The notes: generated by a model not told the origin, from the sequence alone. A stretch of DNA of 64,000 nucleotides from an uncultured delta proteobacterium (GCA_963724765.1 CAVRVY010000001.1:1184001-1248000), one strand, 5' to 3'; positions 50,021 to 59,902 are shown, numbered from the stretch's first letter. Made by a program: numbers and translations.

Positions 50021-51517
50021 TCAATATGCGCCTCGAGCTATCAGTACGACAGTCACGGTTCGCGCCAAGATGTAGAGGTCAAGCCAGAGCGACCAGTTCC
50101 TGATGTAATATGTATCGAAACGCTCCTGCTCCTCGATTCTCCCGTTGCTTCGCACCATTATTTGCCACAAGCCCGTGAGGCCGGGCCGGACCGCAGTACG
50201 GAGCCTCTTAAAATCGGGCGAGAGCATTGCAAGGTGGTAGTCGGGAAACGGTCGAGGCCCGACCAGACTCATGTCCCCAACGATGACATTCCAGAGCTGT
50301 GGCAACTCGTCGAGGCTTAGCCGCCGAAGCAGGGTTCCGACCATCGGTATCAGACGCGGGTCCCGGGGTAGTTTGGCGCTTCGCTGCCATTGCCGTCGAA
50401 GTTCCGGATCTCCCTTAAGAAGCTCGGCCAATCGGGCCTCCGCGTCTGCATACATCGTACGCAGTTTCCAAACTTTGAACTTTCGTCCACCCAATCCCTC
50501 TCGCTGTTGTCGAAAGAAGACCGGCCCGGGGCTTAGCAGTTTTATCAACGATGCGCAGAGCGCAACTATAGGCAACGCAATCGCCAGCCCAGCGGTGGCT
50601 AGGATAAGGTCGAGGGATCGCTTCATGAGTTGATTGGGGCGGCGGAGGAGCTCATTACTGAACTCAATTCCCAACACTCCACCTAAATTGCGGACTTTAA
50701 CTCGTTCAACAGGAAACAGACGGTCCTCGCGGATGAAAACCATGTGTCGAAGTAGCGTTTGCGTCTGAGCCAGCTGAGCCATAACCGACGAATCGTCCCA
50801 GGCAAGCAGTGTGGCCACACCCTGTTGCGCGAGCTCAGGGACGAGTTCCAGGCCACCCAGGATTGGGACCTCTTCGATCGTCTGACCCACTCGTTGACCG
50901 TCGGAGCAGAGCACGCCTACTACGGCGTATCCGAGCGAGAAGGCCCGCTTGAGTGAGAGTATGGTCAGTCTTGCCTGGGACGGAGTTCCGAAAATTACTG
51001 TAGGCTCGCTCCACCAGCGGAACGGCTTTACTATCGAGAGCGTCAAAAGGCGACACACTGGTACTATGACCAGCGCGCCCGCCCACGCGATAGTGAATGA
51101 CATACGGGAGAAGGTTGGATCGGCTTTGAGCGCGAAGCTTGCGGCGGCCACAGCTAGAAAGGAAATGCTTGTGCAGTAGAACAGACGCCGTAAGATCTCG
51201 ACCGCTCCCAAACCGAATCCTGGGTAAAGGCCAGCAGCAGCATAGGCGAAAGGGAATAGGCAAAGCAACGGCAATAATGACAAATACTCAGAGACTGGTT
51301 GATGCAGGATGGCTTCGGCCCAGGCAACGTAACCAAGCATCGACGCTATCAGCAGGGCGGACAGATCACAAAAGAGCAACACGCTGTTACGCGCCAGTAC
51401 GGAAATGAGATACATCCAGCGCCCGCGCCATGGGTCGTCGCGAATAAGAGGCGTGCCCGAGTCAGAATCCGCCGTCTCGAAAGCCGTTTGTGCAAGTAAG
51501 GGTTGGTACCTAAACAT
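50021..51517 (-). CDS. wbaP: Initiating polyprenyl-phosphate hexose-1-phosphate transferase (WbaP/WcaJ type); start uncertain
   Basis: KRSLD, KLRTM, DPR, SLDELPQLWNV..GDMSLVGPRP, RPGLTGLWQ and YIRNWSLWLD. Confidence 0.92.
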   Translation of the reverse strand: MFRYQPLLAQTAFETADSDSGTPLIRDDPWRGRWMYLISVLARNSVLLFCDLSALLIASMLGYVAWAEAILHQPVSEYLSLLPLLCLFPFAYAAAGLYPGFGLGAVEILRRLFYCTSISFLAVAAASFALKADPTFSRMSFTIAWAGALVIVPVCRLLTLSIVKPFRWWSEPTVIFGTPSQARLTILSLKRAFSLGYAVVGVLCSDGQRVGQTIEEVPILGGLELVPELAQQGVATLLAWDDSSVMAQLAQTQTLLRHMVFIREDRLFPVERVKVRNLGGVLGIEFSNELLRRPNQLMKRSLDLILATAGLAIALPIVALCASLIKLLSPGPVFFRQQREGLGGRKFKVWKLRTMYADAEARLAELLKGDPELRRQWQRSAKLPRDPRLIPMVGTLLRRLSLDELPQLWNVIVGDMSLVGPRPFPDYHLAMLSPDFKRLRTAVRPGLTGLWQIMVRSNGRIEEQERFDTYYIRNWSLWLDLYILARTVTVVLIARGAY

Positions 51518-51650
51518 ACCATTACCGATCGCGCCCGCCTTGAGCGCGCCCACGTAGGCCGCCTGCCACACCGAGTGACCGGCGGAGGTGCGATGTTAGC
51601 CGCGAGGGTTAGCGCTCTGGACGAACTCGCCGTGGCCTAAACAAGGAGGG

Positions 51651-52493
51651 TCACTTTGACGCCCTTGCCTGCTCTGCGCCGATGCCCGCATGGCCGCCAC
51701 CTCGAGGGAGCGCCAGGGAGCCGAGCTCGGCGGGCCGCCGGCCGAGCAGTTGACGAATTACAAGTCCGACGAAAAGTGGATTGTTAATTAGATAGCGAGG
51801 CCCTAAGCGCCTGGGCTCCTGGATCATGCGAAACATCCACTCCAGCCCAGCTCGCATCACCCATCTCGGCGCTTGGCGCTTGACACCGGCGTGGAAGTCA
51901 AAAGCGGCGCCAACACCGATGAGGACCGAGGCGTTCAACCGGTCGACGTGCTTGGCCATCCAGACTTCCTGCTTTGGAGTGCCGACACCCACCCATACAA
52001 TATGCGGGCGGACGCTATTAATTGTGTTTACAACCTGCTCATCTTCAGCAGGCTCGAGTGCGCGAAATGGCGGCGAGTAAACGCCTGCTACGTTTAACCC
52101 TGGGAGTCGCGACTGGAGACGAGTGGCGAGCCGTTCGGCAATTCCTTGAGCCCCTCCGTATAAGAAGTGGCGATACCCACGTCCTATAGATCGTTCACAA
52201 AGCGCCAGCATCAGGTCAGGCCCATACACACGACTTACGTGATGAAAGCCCTTAAGTCGGCTCAACCAGACCAATGGCATACCATCCGGAACAACCAGCC
52301 CCGCGGCGTTATGGATACAACGAACAGCTTCTTTGCGATAGCTTTCCATAATGCCGTGCACGCCTGTAACGCACACGTAGTGCGGCTCGTCGCGCAAGAT
52401 CCATTCGTCCACGGAATCCAGCGCCATCGACGTGTTTATGGCGCTCACTCCAACTCCAAGGATGTTTATTCGCTCAATCATTGAGTCACTCAT
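51651..52493 (-). CDS. WecB/TagA/CpsF (GT26) glycosyltransferase
   Basis: PDGMPLVW, RVYGPDL, SPPF, VGVGTPKQE, GVGAAFDF and GLEW.FR..QEPRRL. Confidence 0.95.
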   Translation of the reverse strand: MSDSMIERINILGVGVSAINTSMALDSVDEWILRDEPHYVCVTGVHGIMESYRKEAVRCIHNAAGLVVPDGMPLVWLSRLKGFHHVSRVYGPDLMLALCERSIGRGYRHFLYGGAQGIAERLATRLQSRLPGLNVAGVYSPPFRALEPAEDEQVVNTINSVRPHIVWVGVGTPKQEVWMAKHVDRLNASVLIGVGAAFDFHAGVKRQAPRWVMRAGLEWMFRMIQEPRRLGPRYLINNPLFVGLVIRQLLGRRPAELGSLALPRGGGHAGIGAEQARASK

Positions 52494-53493
52494 CCGTAGC
52501 TATCTGCTTGTCGCGCGCCTCTGTTTGCACCGAGCGAGAGGTGATGAGTTGCCCCTCGATCCATCTGTAAGTTCGGGCAAGGCCCTCCTCAAGGCTAATC
52601 TTGGGCGTCCAACCTAAGACCTCTTGAAGTCGTGTATTGTCGGAATTCCTGCCGCGAACGCCCTGTGGGCCAGCAATATGCCTTTTTGTGACCTCGACTC
52701 CGGCGATGTTGGCCACGATATCGGCGAGTCCGTCGATCGTAATCAGACGGTCTTGGCCCAGGTTCAAGGGGTTGCGGTATTCGGAGCGCATGAGTTTGCA
52801 AATGCCTGTCACGCAATCGTCGATATAGCAGAATGACCGTGTCTGCTGGCCGTCTCCCCAAAGCTCAATTTCGTGATCGCCGGTCAGCTTCGCAATTGCC
52901 ATCTTCCGGCACAGAGCGGCAGGGGCCTTCTCCCGGCCCCCGGTCCATGTGCCCAGAGGTCCAAAAATATTGTGGAATCGGACAATGCGTGTCTCCATTC
53001 CATATTCTTCGCAGTAGTGAATACATAGTCGCTCGGCAACGAGCTTCTCCCAGCCATAAGCGTCTTGCGGTTGCGCCGGATATGCGTCTTCCTCTTTAAG
53101 CGGAACTACATCCTCGTCGTTCTGCCGGTACTCTGGGTAAACGCAGGCCGAAGAACTATACAGATACCTCTTCACCCCGTTGCGTCGGGCGGCCTCTAGT
53201 GTATGAATATTAATGAGGGCGTTGTTGTGAAGAATGCGCGCGTGGTTGGCAGAAATGAAACCCATTCCGCCCATGTCTGCCGCTAGAGCGTATACTTCCT
53301 CCACGTTGGCAGTGACTTCGAGGCAATTCTCCCAGCGACGGAGATCGGTCTCCACAAATTCGTCGGCGAGGCTTGGCTCGTACTCGGGAGGTGTTAGATC
53401 AGCGCCCCTTACCCAATGCCCATCGTGTTTCAGCCTAGCAACCAAGTGATGGCCAATGAAGCCGCCTGCGCCAGTTACCAAGATCCTAGTCAT
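52486..53493 (-). CDS. GDP-mannose 3',5'-epimerase-like extended SDR
   Basis: TGAGGFIG, AADMGGMGFI, SSACVYP, PQDAYGWEK, RFHNIFGP.GTW.GGREKAPAA.CRK and GVRGRNSDN. Confidence 0.88.
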   Translation of the reverse strand: MTRILVTGAGGFIGHHLVARLKHDGHWVRGADLTPPEYEPSLADEFVETDLRRWENCLEVTANVEEVYALAADMGGMGFISANHARILHNNALINIHTLEAARRNGVKRYLYSSSACVYPEYRQNDEDVVPLKEEDAYPAQPQDAYGWEKLVAERLCIHYCEEYGMETRIVRFHNIFGPLGTWTGGREKAPAALCRKMAIAKLTGDHEIELWGDGQQTRSFCYIDDCVTGICKLMRSEYRNPLNLGQDRLITIDGLADIVANIAGVEVTKRHIAGPQGVRGRNSDNTRLQEVLGWTPKISLEEGLARTYRWIEGQLITSRSVQTEARDKQIATDE

Positions 53494-53869
53494 TGCTCTT
53501 TTACCTCTATGTTCAACTATCGAACCGGGTATGCTGTGGCCAGTGGCGAAGAACGCCAGGCCTGCCGAACGAGATATGTCAGGTCACATGCGATTAAGAA
53601 GGTGTCCGCGAAATATGACGCAAGCCGCTATGGCAGCAGCGGGGCGATGCCGGTTTCGCGGGTCAACGCGAGAGAGGCTTCAAGCGCCCCGCTCACGCCG
53701 CATCAAGTCGCTTCGTGCGCAGAAGAATGGACGGCGTCGCAGATATTCGTCACATGTACCGAGCCGACACGCGGGACAGATGATGTAGTCAGCAGTTGTA
53801 ATCACACCGACAGTAAAGGCAGAGTGCGCACCTCCCGCCCGACAGCCCGCTGCCACAGCCGGAAGAGGC

Positions 53870-56182
53870 TCAACTCTTCATCTGATTGTCCGTCTGGTCC
53901 ATATCCTGCGACTTGTGAGACTGCGGGTAATAGTAGTCGCCAGCGTTTCTTTGCAAGCTAATATTGACCTGATTCCGAACAATGCCGAGGAGCGGTGCAT
54001 GGATCTGATTTAAACGTGCGCACACGTGTTTGACCCGTCGCTTAGGGACACGCGGACCGACTACCAGCACTACACCGTCCACCATGGCCATCAGATGCAG
54101 CGTGTCTGTGACAGGCATTACGGGAGCGGAGTCAATCAGAATACAGTCGTAGGTCTCCTTCAGACGCACAAGTAGATCGGTCATTGTGCTAGAGCCCAAA
54201 AGCATACCAGGATTCTGGGGGCTTGAACCGGAAGTAACGCACGCCAGGCCGTCGATACTGGTCGGGCGAATGACTTCGTCTAAACGCAGTCGGCCCATTA
54301 GAAATTCCGAGAGGCCCTCATGGTTGGACATCCCTAACAACTTATGACATCGCGAGCTTCGAAGGTCTGCATCAATCAAGAGCACTCTGCCATTCATCTG
54401 AGCGAACGCAATAGCGGTGTTTATCGTGGTCACCGTCTTGCCTTCATGTGGATCTCCGCTAGTGATAAGTATAATTTTGGGCGGTTCTCCACGCCGGGAT
54501 AGCAACAGACTGAGTCGAAATGCTCGATAGGCTTCGGTGGCCACCGAGAAGCTATTGTCGTGATTCGCGACAATAACCGTGTCGCTGGCTGCGGTTCGGG
54601 CTGAGACGAAACGACTCAAGAGATGCTTATTCGTTCCGTATATGGATGGGATTAATGTTCGGAAATCCGGCACTACAGCCAAGCTCGGAACTCCGACATA
54701 GCGCTCGACCTCATCCGGATCTTTGAATGTATCGTCGAAACGCTCAAGGAAGCAGGCAGAGCTTATCCCGATCAGCAGTGCGAGTACTCCGCAGGATGCC
54801 AGAGTCAGCAACATTTTCGGACTCGAGGGTGCGAGAGGAGGAGCAGCGCTGTCGAGTACCGAAACATTAGAGGCCGACACGCCTGCAGCCATACCCATCT
54901 GGGTCATGCGCTCAAGTACGTTCTTATAAAGCTTTCGGTTGGTGTCGACCGCTCGGGACAGAATGGCATCTTGCAGTGAAGCGTCGTTCAATGCGAGTGC
55001 CCGATTCGTCTCCTGGTCAATCTTGTCGCTCAGTTCTTTCTCGCGTTCTATAGCCGCTTCATCGCTCAATCCTACACCGGTGGCAACTCGATGCACTTCC
55101 TGGTTCAAGCGAGCTTGTGTCTCCTTCAGCTTAGCAGCGAGTTCGGCCAGTGGCGGATAGTTAGGCTTATACTGATCTGCCAAGCTAGCGTACTCAGCTT
55201 GGATTCGTGCCTGCTGCTGCCGGAGACTTTGAATTAGCGCGTCATTAGTTACTGCGGGCAGAGCCTCGTAGTTTCGAGTGCTGATGAGATGAGCCTCGGC
55301 ATCGAGAGTGATGCGCTGGGTTTCCACTTCGGTCAGTGCTTTGTTTAAATCGATGAGACGGCCCATCACGATCTTGTTGTTGTCATCGGATGAATCGGCC
55401 ACGATTCCGCGCATGCGCCTGGAGGCGTTCAATACGGCTTCCGACTTTTCAACCCGCGCTTTCAGTTCGGTGAGTTTTGTCTGCAGGTACTTTACCGCGC
55501 TCTCGCTAGCCTCGGCGTGAAGGGCCGTCCCGCGAGCGATATAGGCCTGGACATGCGCGTTAACGATGCGAGCTGAGAGAACTGGATCCGGCGTACTGAA
55601 GGCGACCGTGACAAGGCGTGTCCCTGGCTCGGGTCGGATTGTCAAGTGTTTCAGATATGCGTCAATGACACGGAATTTGACCCCCAGCGTGCCTGCCTCC
55701 GGGTCCTCGTCATGGACCATGGGATCCCTAGAATCCTTCGAGAAAGGTTCTTGGGCGAGAAATCTGGCCTCCGAGGCTTCAGTCTCTCCCACATGGAGAA
55801 ATAGCTCATTCTGGAGATTAAGCTCACGGATTACCCGAGCGGCGAGACTTCGACTCTGCAATATCTTGTACTCGGTACCGTAGTAGGTGTCTTGGGCAAC
55901 TTCCCCGGATTCTTGCGTCTCCTCCAATTCCCTCATGTCCATGACTTGAGGCGCTCGGGGTTCGATCAGCACAGTACTCGTGGCAGTATAAGTTGGGGTC
56001 ATGAAAAAAACGACCAGGCCCGTAAGCGCGAGCGTGCAAATTACTAGCGTGACAATGAACCGCCAGCGCCTGACAATTACACGCCAATACTCACGAAAGC
56101 TGGGCCCGTCTTGAGCAAATACCTTGGCCGGGGTGACCTCAGGAGCGGTGCGGTTGATGAAATATGGACTTAATTCCTGCAT
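53870..56182 (-). CDS. wzc: Wzc polysaccharide co-polymerase / BY-kinase; start uncertain (track start 56287)
   Basis: Two TMs, coiled coil, EAYR, ITS..P.EGKT, LIDADLR, IDSAP and terminal YYY. Confidence 0.93.
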   Translation of the reverse strand: MQELSPYFINRTAPEVTPAKVFAQDGPSFREYWRVIVRRWRFIVTLVICTLALTGLVVFFMTPTYTATSTVLIEPRAPQVMDMRELEETQESGEVAQDTYYGTEYKILQSRSLAARVIRELNLQNELFLHVGETEASEARFLAQEPFSKDSRDPMVHDEDPEAGTLGVKFRVIDAYLKHLTIRPEPGTRLVTVAFSTPDPVLSARIVNAHVQAYIARGTALHAEASESAVKYLQTKLTELKARVEKSEAVLNASRRMRGIVADSSDDNNKIVMGRLIDLNKALTEVETQRITLDAEAHLISTRNYEALPAVTNDALIQSLRQQQARIQAEYASLADQYKPNYPPLAELAAKLKETQARLNQEVHRVATGVGLSDEAAIEREKELSDKIDQETNRALALNDASLQDAILSRAVDTNRKLYKNVLERMTQMGMAAGVSASNVSVLDSAAPPLAPSSPKMLLTLASCGVLALLIGISSACFLERFDDTFKDPDEVERYVGVPSLAVVPDFRTLIPSIYGTNKHLLSRFVSARTAASDTVIVANHDNSFSVATEAYRAFRLSLLLSRRGEPPKIILITSGDPHEGKTVTTINTAIAFAQMNGRVLLIDADLRSSRCHKLLGMSNHEGLSEFLMGRLRLDEVIRPTSIDGLACVTSGSSPQNPGMLLGSSTMTDLLVRLKETYDCILIDSAPVMPVTDTLHLMAMVDGVVLVVGPRVPKRRVKHVCARLNQIHAPLLGIVRNQVNISLQRNAGDYYYPQSHKSQDMDQTDNQMKS

Positions 56183-56303
56183 TGCTTTTTGAATGCGTTT
56201 AAAAACCGATAACGTGAAAAGGGTGAGGGGCGGTACGGGCGGAGTCTGTTCTAAAGCTTGACTGCGCTCGTGAGCTGAAACTTCCAACGAGACGCGACAG
56301 GCT

Positions 56304-57461
56304 CTAAAAGGCCGTTAATCCCATCCCAATCCCCATGTGGCTGACAAGGAAATACAAAGAGTAAGGCACCGCACCCACGACGGACCGTTCAACAACCACT
56401 ACATCTCCGCCCTCCAGCGGCACGTCACGTTCGGTGCCGTTCTTGATCTTGGAAAGATCAAGAGGCAGGTCCAATTTACCGCCACTCCCTTGCTCGCGCA
56501 CAAGTGTGGCCGACAAGGTGAACTGGGCGCCGCCAGCGGCCGCGATGGCGCTTAGTGCCGTCATTCCTGGAGTGATCTTAAACTTCCCGGGGTTTGATAC
56601 CCAACCTTCCACGGTCACCTCTCCGGCTGCTGGCACAATGATTACGTCACTGGGTCTGGCCGGAAGCTCGAGATAACGTTGATTGTCCGCCCGAGACAGA
56701 TTGATAACCACTTGTTCGTCTAGTGTCTGCTGCGTAGGAGATGAACCATCCCCAGGAGCGCCTTGTGCGAGCGTCGTAGCTACCAACCGAGCCTTTGCGC
56801 GGGCCATCGCACGCGGCGCCGGGACAAGAATAATTCGTGAGGCTGCTTCCTCGGTCATCCCGCCCGCTCGGCTTATCATGGTCATTATCGTGTCGGAACG
56901 ACTGGCCAACATATAACGCCCGGGGTTCTTAACTGAACCTAACACTGCGACGTCCCGGCTTTCTGTGCGTTCGATAAATACTCCGACCTGTGGCTTATAA
57001 ACGTAGTTCCCTACGCGCCGGGTCAACTCACCTCGGAGATCCGCCTCGGTCATCCCGGAAATATTGATCACGCCCAGCAGCGGCAGGGCGATCGTGTCCT
57101 CCTCCGACACTCGAACCGTCCGATCTCTCTGGTTATCGAGCTGAGGCAAAGAGATCCGCAGAACGTCGCCCGGACCTAGAGAGAAGTTTGAAGACTTGTC
57201 GTCCGCAGCTGCCTCGGTCCGGCTCCTCCAGAGATTTTCCAGGACCTCGGCGTCGTCCTCCCCGAGTGCGACGTCCTTAACCCCCGGTGCCGCCTGCCTA
57301 ACTTCTCGATCGCCGTTCAAACTTGCAGTCACTTGAGGCGCCGAGGAAGACACCCGCCCTGCCTGCTCTGAAGGCACAGAGGTCGCGCACCCGGACAGGA
57401 ACAGCAGACCAAGAGAAACCACCCGGAACGTGTTACGAGATGTTCCAGGAATATAGCCCAT
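56304..57461 (-). CDS. wza: Wza-type polysaccharide export lipoprotein with SLBB domains
   Basis: Lipobox LFLSGC, LGPGDVL, IALPLLG, VLGSVKNPG and ISRAGG. Confidence 0.9.
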   Translation of the reverse strand: MGYIPGTSRNTFRVVSLGLLFLSGCATSVPSEQAGRVSSSAPQVTASLNGDREVRQAAPGVKDVALGEDDAEVLENLWRSRTEAAADDKSSNFSLGPGDVLRISLPQLDNQRDRTVRVSEEDTIALPLLGVINISGMTEADLRGELTRRVGNYVYKPQVGVFIERTESRDVAVLGSVKNPGRYMLASRSDTIMTMISRAGGMTEEAASRIILVPAPRAMARAKARLVATTLAQGAPGDGSSPTQQTLDEQVVINLSRADNQRYLELPARPSDVIIVPAAGEVTVEGWVSNPGKFKITPGMTALSAIAAAGGAQFTLSATLVREQGSGGKLDLPLDLSKIKNGTERDVPLEGGDVVVVERSVVGAVPYSLYFLVSHMGIGMGLTAF

Positions 57462-57733
57462 AGTTAGGCCCCCTTGGCCTTACCGCTTTAGTATCCCATT
57501 CGTTAGGTTAGTAGTTGTGAACCGCACCCGTACGTCATGCTCGTAGGTTCACTGGTCGAGAGCCACTTGCCGACCCGCTATGCGATGAAGGTAGAGCCTA
57601 TGCGGATCGCTTGGAGCGTGCTGGCGCGAAGGCGCGGCGACCTTCGCTGCTAGACGAAGTCCGGGTCCCCAAGGTTGCACCGGCCTGCCGCGCCATATCC
57701 TTCGATGTCTCCCACCACATCCGCTACGGTAAA

Positions 57734-57848
57734 AGGTTGCGGAAAACTCGGCGAAAGACGATTTCGGCGAAGGGTAATCAGTACGACGGCCACGAGAGTG
57801 CGTCTTGGATCAAGGTTGTCAAAGGTCAAAAACCTTTTTCCGCAACCT
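57734..57848. mobile_element. MITE-like element bounded by 13-bp perfect inverted repeats
   Basis: AGGTTGCGGAAAA (57734-57746) and TTTTCCGCAACCT (57836-57848). Confidence 0.55.
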
Positions 57849-58091
57849 GCTGCCAGTGCCGTGCGAAGCTGTTACGGCGTCCAAACAAACGAGATCAGCG
57901 GAAGCGTCCGCCCTCCCGTGTACAGGGCGTCCTCATCTGCGAAACCCCTCTGCGAAACCCTTTGACAGACTAAATCCAGCAGCGCGTTATACATACCTGC
58001 AGAGCCATCTTTCACGCGGCTCATTTTTCACTCATCGCACCTATTCATGTGTATGTTCTTCGCGTGTGATGCGCTCTGTTTGGCTCCGCGT

Positions 58092-58340
58092 TTACCTAGC
58101 CGGTGGCGGCCCTCCTTGTTCATCACGGCGGCGGTCACCGACACGCGGCGCCTTAAGCTCCACGGTCCCGGCTCCCAGGGTAAGCTTGCGCGACTGGGCC
58201 CGGCCGTTGCGCATCACCAGCGCGCATCCGTGCTCGTCACGCTCGCCGCGATGGCGCTCGACGTAATCGTCGGCCTCGGCCCCGAGCGCTTCGATCAGCA
58301 TCCGCCGTGCGCCCTCGCGCGCGATCTCGTCCAGCATCAA
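58092..58340 (-). pseudogene. IS256-family transposase N-terminal fragment
   Basis: LDEIAREGARRML..AL.AE...RNG....R.LTLGAG.VE..APRV.DRR, then a premature stop. Confidence 0.85.
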
Positions 58341-58589
58341 AAGCTCCTCACCCGCTTCCCGCGCATCCTGCCTGAGGAGAGGAAGATGCGGCGCGAGCGC
58401 ATGGAAGAGTTTGGGCGCAGCAACGACGCGGTAGCGGACACGGAAGCGATTTGACGCAGGTCTTATGCGATCGTTTATTCCAGCCGATCGAGCTGCTTGT
58501 TACCTTTAGCAGTCCGAACTCTACTGCAATGACCCACTGCATAACGACATGCTGCAGGCTTCCAGAATCACACTTACTGAGTTTTTGGT

Positions 58590-58666
58590 TGGTCGGGGCG
58601 GCCGGATTTGAACCGGCGACCACACGCACCCCAAGCGTGTGCGCTACCAGTCTGCGCCACGCCCCG
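58590..58666 (-). tRNA. tRNA-Pro (GGG)
   Basis: Reverse complement CGGGGCGTGGCGCAGACTGGTAGCGCACACGCTTGGGGTGCGTGTGGTCGCCGGTTCAAATCCGGCCGCCCCGACCA folds as a cloverleaf with anticodon GGG and an encoded CCA. Confidence 0.97.
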
Positions 58667-58899
58667 ACCGGGGGAGTCTCGCTTACACGGCTGAGGCCGC
58701 CGCAATACTTTCGGCCGCCCGCGACGCCGCCTCTTAAGCGCCACGTCAGTATAGTTGCGCGCGGGTCGAAATGCAGCCTCGCGCGCCGCGCGCGTAAGGC
58801 GCTCGCGTGCCTACGGCTGAGCGCACGAGGCGCGCGACATCCACAGCGGCGCGCGTCGAGTAAGCGCAGGCAGCGCGCGAGGAGTACGCGCCTGGCGCG

Positions 58900-59643
58900 C
58901 TAGGCCTTTTTCTTCGCCGCCACGCGCGGCCGCCACTGTACGAACGAGCGCATGTCGATCGAAAACGTCCACGCCCCGCGCGGCTGGTTGATCAGATGCA
59001 CGATCTCGTCGCAAATCGCCGAGGGCGGCACGAAATGCGACGGGTCGGCCTCGGGTGCTGCCTCGCGCACGCGCGGGCTGTCAACGGCGCCGTCGACATC
59101 CAGCGTTGCCGAATGGATGCCCAGGTGCATGTACTCGTAGGCGAGCGACTCCGCGATCGCGCGCTGCGCCACCTTGGAAGCGGTATAGGCCGAGTACATC
59201 GCCGGCCCGCCACGCGTTTCCGATCCCAGCACGAAGATAACGGTCCCGCCGCCGCGCGCCGTCATCTTGCCCACCACCGCTTGGGTGCAGAAGAACGGGC
59301 CATAGGTGTTGACCTTAAGCTGAAAGTCGAAGTCCTCCTCGGTGATCTCCTCGAAGCGCTTGCGCAGGTAGGCGCCGGCGTTGTTGATGAGCACGGAGAT
59401 CGGCCCCAACTCGCGTTCCACCGCTTCGACCGACGCCAGCACCTGATCGCGCTTGGAGACGTCCGTCGGTGTCACCAGCGCCTTGCCGCCGGCCTTGACG
59501 ATAAGTTCGGCGGTCTCTTCGAGCTGCGACTTGGTGCGCGCGATGAGTCCACAGGCATAGCCCTCGCGGGCCAAGCGCTGTGCGATGTCGCGGCCGATTC
59601 CCCGTCCTGCTCCGGTAACCAATGCTACTTTGGGTTCTGACAT
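58900..59643 (-). CDS. Short-chain dehydrogenase/reductase
   Basis: TGAGRGIG, NNAG and YTASK. Start trimmed to MSEPKV. Confidence 0.92.
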   Translation of the reverse strand: MSEPKVALVTGAGRGIGRDIAQRLAREGYACGLIARTKSQLEETAELIVKAGGKALVTPTDVSKRDQVLASVEAVERELGPISVLINNAGAYLRKRFEEITEEDFDFQLKVNTYGPFFCTQAVVGKMTARGGGTVIFVLGSETRGGPAMYSAYTASKVAQRAIAESLAYEYMHLGIHSATLDVDGAVDSPRVREAAPEADPSHFVPPSAICDEIVHLINQPRGAWTFSIDMRSFVQWRPRVAAKKKA

Positions 59644-59902
59644 GGCGCGCATCTTAGCCGAGCCAGCCATCACCTGAAAACCCGCGCGAGAACAAATTGC
59701 GCGCGGGAACCATCCCTCCTCCCGCGGGGATGGGGTTGGCAGTATCGAGAGGCGCCCGCGCTGAACGGCACGCCGGCTCCTCATAAATGAATCGGAGACG
59801 TGGCGCGCGGATGATTGCCTGATGGCTTGTCGGTTTACTGGAGTGAGTGATAGCCTTGGCGGCGTGATCCTCGCGTGATCCTGGAGAGAACCAGGTGACA
59901 CT

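Larger units (their letters stand above)
25490..58589. mobile_element. Accessory genomic island (polysaccharide island) adjacent to the tRNA-Pro 3' end
   Basis: Visible drop in GC content and coding density right after 25489. Contains IS remnants and pseudogenes and ends at the tRNA CCA. No intact integrase or attL repeat seen, so the boundaries are approximate. Confidence 0.65.

Noticed and set aside
57468-57492. Weak JUMPstart/ops-like AGCGGTAAGGCCAAGGGGG before wza
   Set aside because: Does not match GGCGGTAG and overlaps the RBS; too weak to call.
58341-58454. Possible integrase C-terminal remnant next to the tRNA
   Set aside because: No catalytic H/R/Y motif recognisable.
58770-58895. 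GC-rich self-complementary stretch between the SDR and the tRNA
   Set aside because: Complementarity is expected from CG-rich low complexity; probably a terminator or spacer.
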